DNA from: Setoptus koraiensis
Taxonomy: Eukaryota > Animalia > Arthropoda
DNA length: 64,000 nucleotides
Reading direction: 5' to 3'
Assembly: GCA_048013815.1 (NCBI GenBank)
Contig: CM106586.1
Location: 19,344,001 to 19,408,000 of the forward strand
Both the position numbers and the translations under genes were made by a program. Shown here piece by piece: positions 62,728 to 64,000 of the stretch. Position 1 is the first letter of the stretch. Every line of letters starts with the position of its first letter. The notes below the pieces were generated by a model, which was not told the DNA's origin, did not search any database, and saw only the letters and a list, made by a program, of their open reading frames with translations.

Positions 62728-63189
62728 GTAAGTATGCCCATTACGTCATCCATGTCCGCTTCACCTGTTCGCCTAGATGGCGCCCCAGGTGAACAGAGGG
62801 GGGGGGGCACACACTGACGCCCCGCTGTTGCGAGCGCCACCCAACAATCAATGAACACACAATCAATTATAACTGTAATCAATTATAATTATTGCCAGCT
62901 ACCAACTGACTAATTGTCGCATTCTCACAAACTAACTCACTCTCTCGATCAACTCACTAATTACTTGACAAACAAACAAAAATTGTCAACGTCCTCATTA
63001 CATCACTCTGTTGGATTGTGTGCGCGTTATTGTGTGGCCCGCTCAAACTGCGCCAACTTATAATTACAAATTCATCGCCACTATGTGACCCCTTGCAATT
63101 GGTGCACCAAAACGCCATTAAATGCCAAACAACCTGCACCCGTCAACCCGAACCCGACCCGACCCAATCCGCGCCGCGCCGCGCCCCAG

Positions 63190-63341
63190 TCATGACCCAG
63201 GAGGGCCGCCTAAATCAGCTGAACGCGTTGCACAACGAGGCGCGCCGGCACGTCGATGAACTCACTGTTTACTGTTGTTTGGGCGCCGCTACCGCCTCTA
63301 GCGGCCAAGCCAGCGGCCTACTGTCATCGGCTCTACTCGAG
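63190..63341 (+). CDS. wake: ANKFN1/wide awake post-ankyrin helical exon; gene continues beyond the window (FN3 domain not reached)
   Basis: FMTQEGRLNQLNALHNEARRHVDEL matches recalled FVSLESRAMHLNTLVQEAQERVSEL; CAG acceptor, GTGGGT donor. Confidence 0.85.
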
Positions 63342-64000
63342 GTGGGTACCTAATCTCTGTCTTTTGCTCTACGTTTCACTGAATCATCTTATACGAGCGA
63401 CTTATCGGATCACTCATCATAAGCAACAAAGGCCCATTCTGGCCAGCGCACAATCACAAAGACTCAACTTCCGGAAATGCGCGCCAGGCGGCTTGGACGA
63501 CGCGATACTGGCCATTGTTCGCAATGGCCCACGTGCTGAACATATCTGTTCTCGAGCACAGTATGTCACTCTGTTGATATTTATCTATATGTTGTTGCGG
63601 ATATATGTGTGTGGCATCATCATTAAGCATTATGTGCGGATATTTGGCCACTCGATATCTGGCCACTGGCATCGAGTTGGCCGACGATCCGGCATTCGGT
63701 GCGACTTGTTTGTATCGTCGCGCCACGTTTATTAGTAGCCTACTCGTGTCGTGTGTGTGTGTGTGCGTGTTTGAAACAGCGCACCTAGGGGCGAACCGTC
63801 GAGTGTTGCGACATTTCGGCTGGCTAGGCCAGGTAGTTGACGTTGGCTAGACAGACAGAGACAAAAACAAATGCCAGACAAGTGCTCACTCCAATCTACA
63901 TACGAGCACACGCACACGCACATGCCAACATGTTGACGGACGAGACAAGTGGCAACGGACATGGACAATAGTTGCACGAGTTGCTCGCACGCGTGCACGC

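Noticed and set aside
39800-64000. CACGTG E-boxes as CLK/CYC sites in wake
   Set aside because: Only about four were seen, no more than chance.

Overview
Eukaryotic genomic DNA with GT-AG introns. The arthropod-type genes and compact AT-leaning orphan genes suggest a mite (inference only). There are two compositional domains. (1) 1-19.7 kb is gene-dense with short introns. It holds the 3' part of a giant Ser/Thr mucin-like gene whose spliced C-terminus has two VWC domains (tenectin-like). A cluster of seven genes without a confidently recognisable homologue follows: three single-pass membrane proteins, one coiled-coil/Pro-rich protein, an acidic 11-mer-repeat secreted protein and an inverted pair of secreted precursor genes. 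The longer of that pair has furin sites and a dehydrin K-segment-like helix. A 186-nt fold-back with splice signals in its loop closes this domain. (2) 20-64 kb is GC-rich and packed with microsatellites and micro-duplications. It holds an MDM1-family gene with a ~1,100-aa near-perfect acidic repeat tail, and the 5' part of an ANKFN1/wide awake gene (8 phase-compatible exons, continuing beyond the window). Most short ORFs in the ORF track are antisense or low-complexity artefacts. No tRNA, rRNA, CRISPR or intact transposase was recognised. All gene models, alignments and counts were made by eye.
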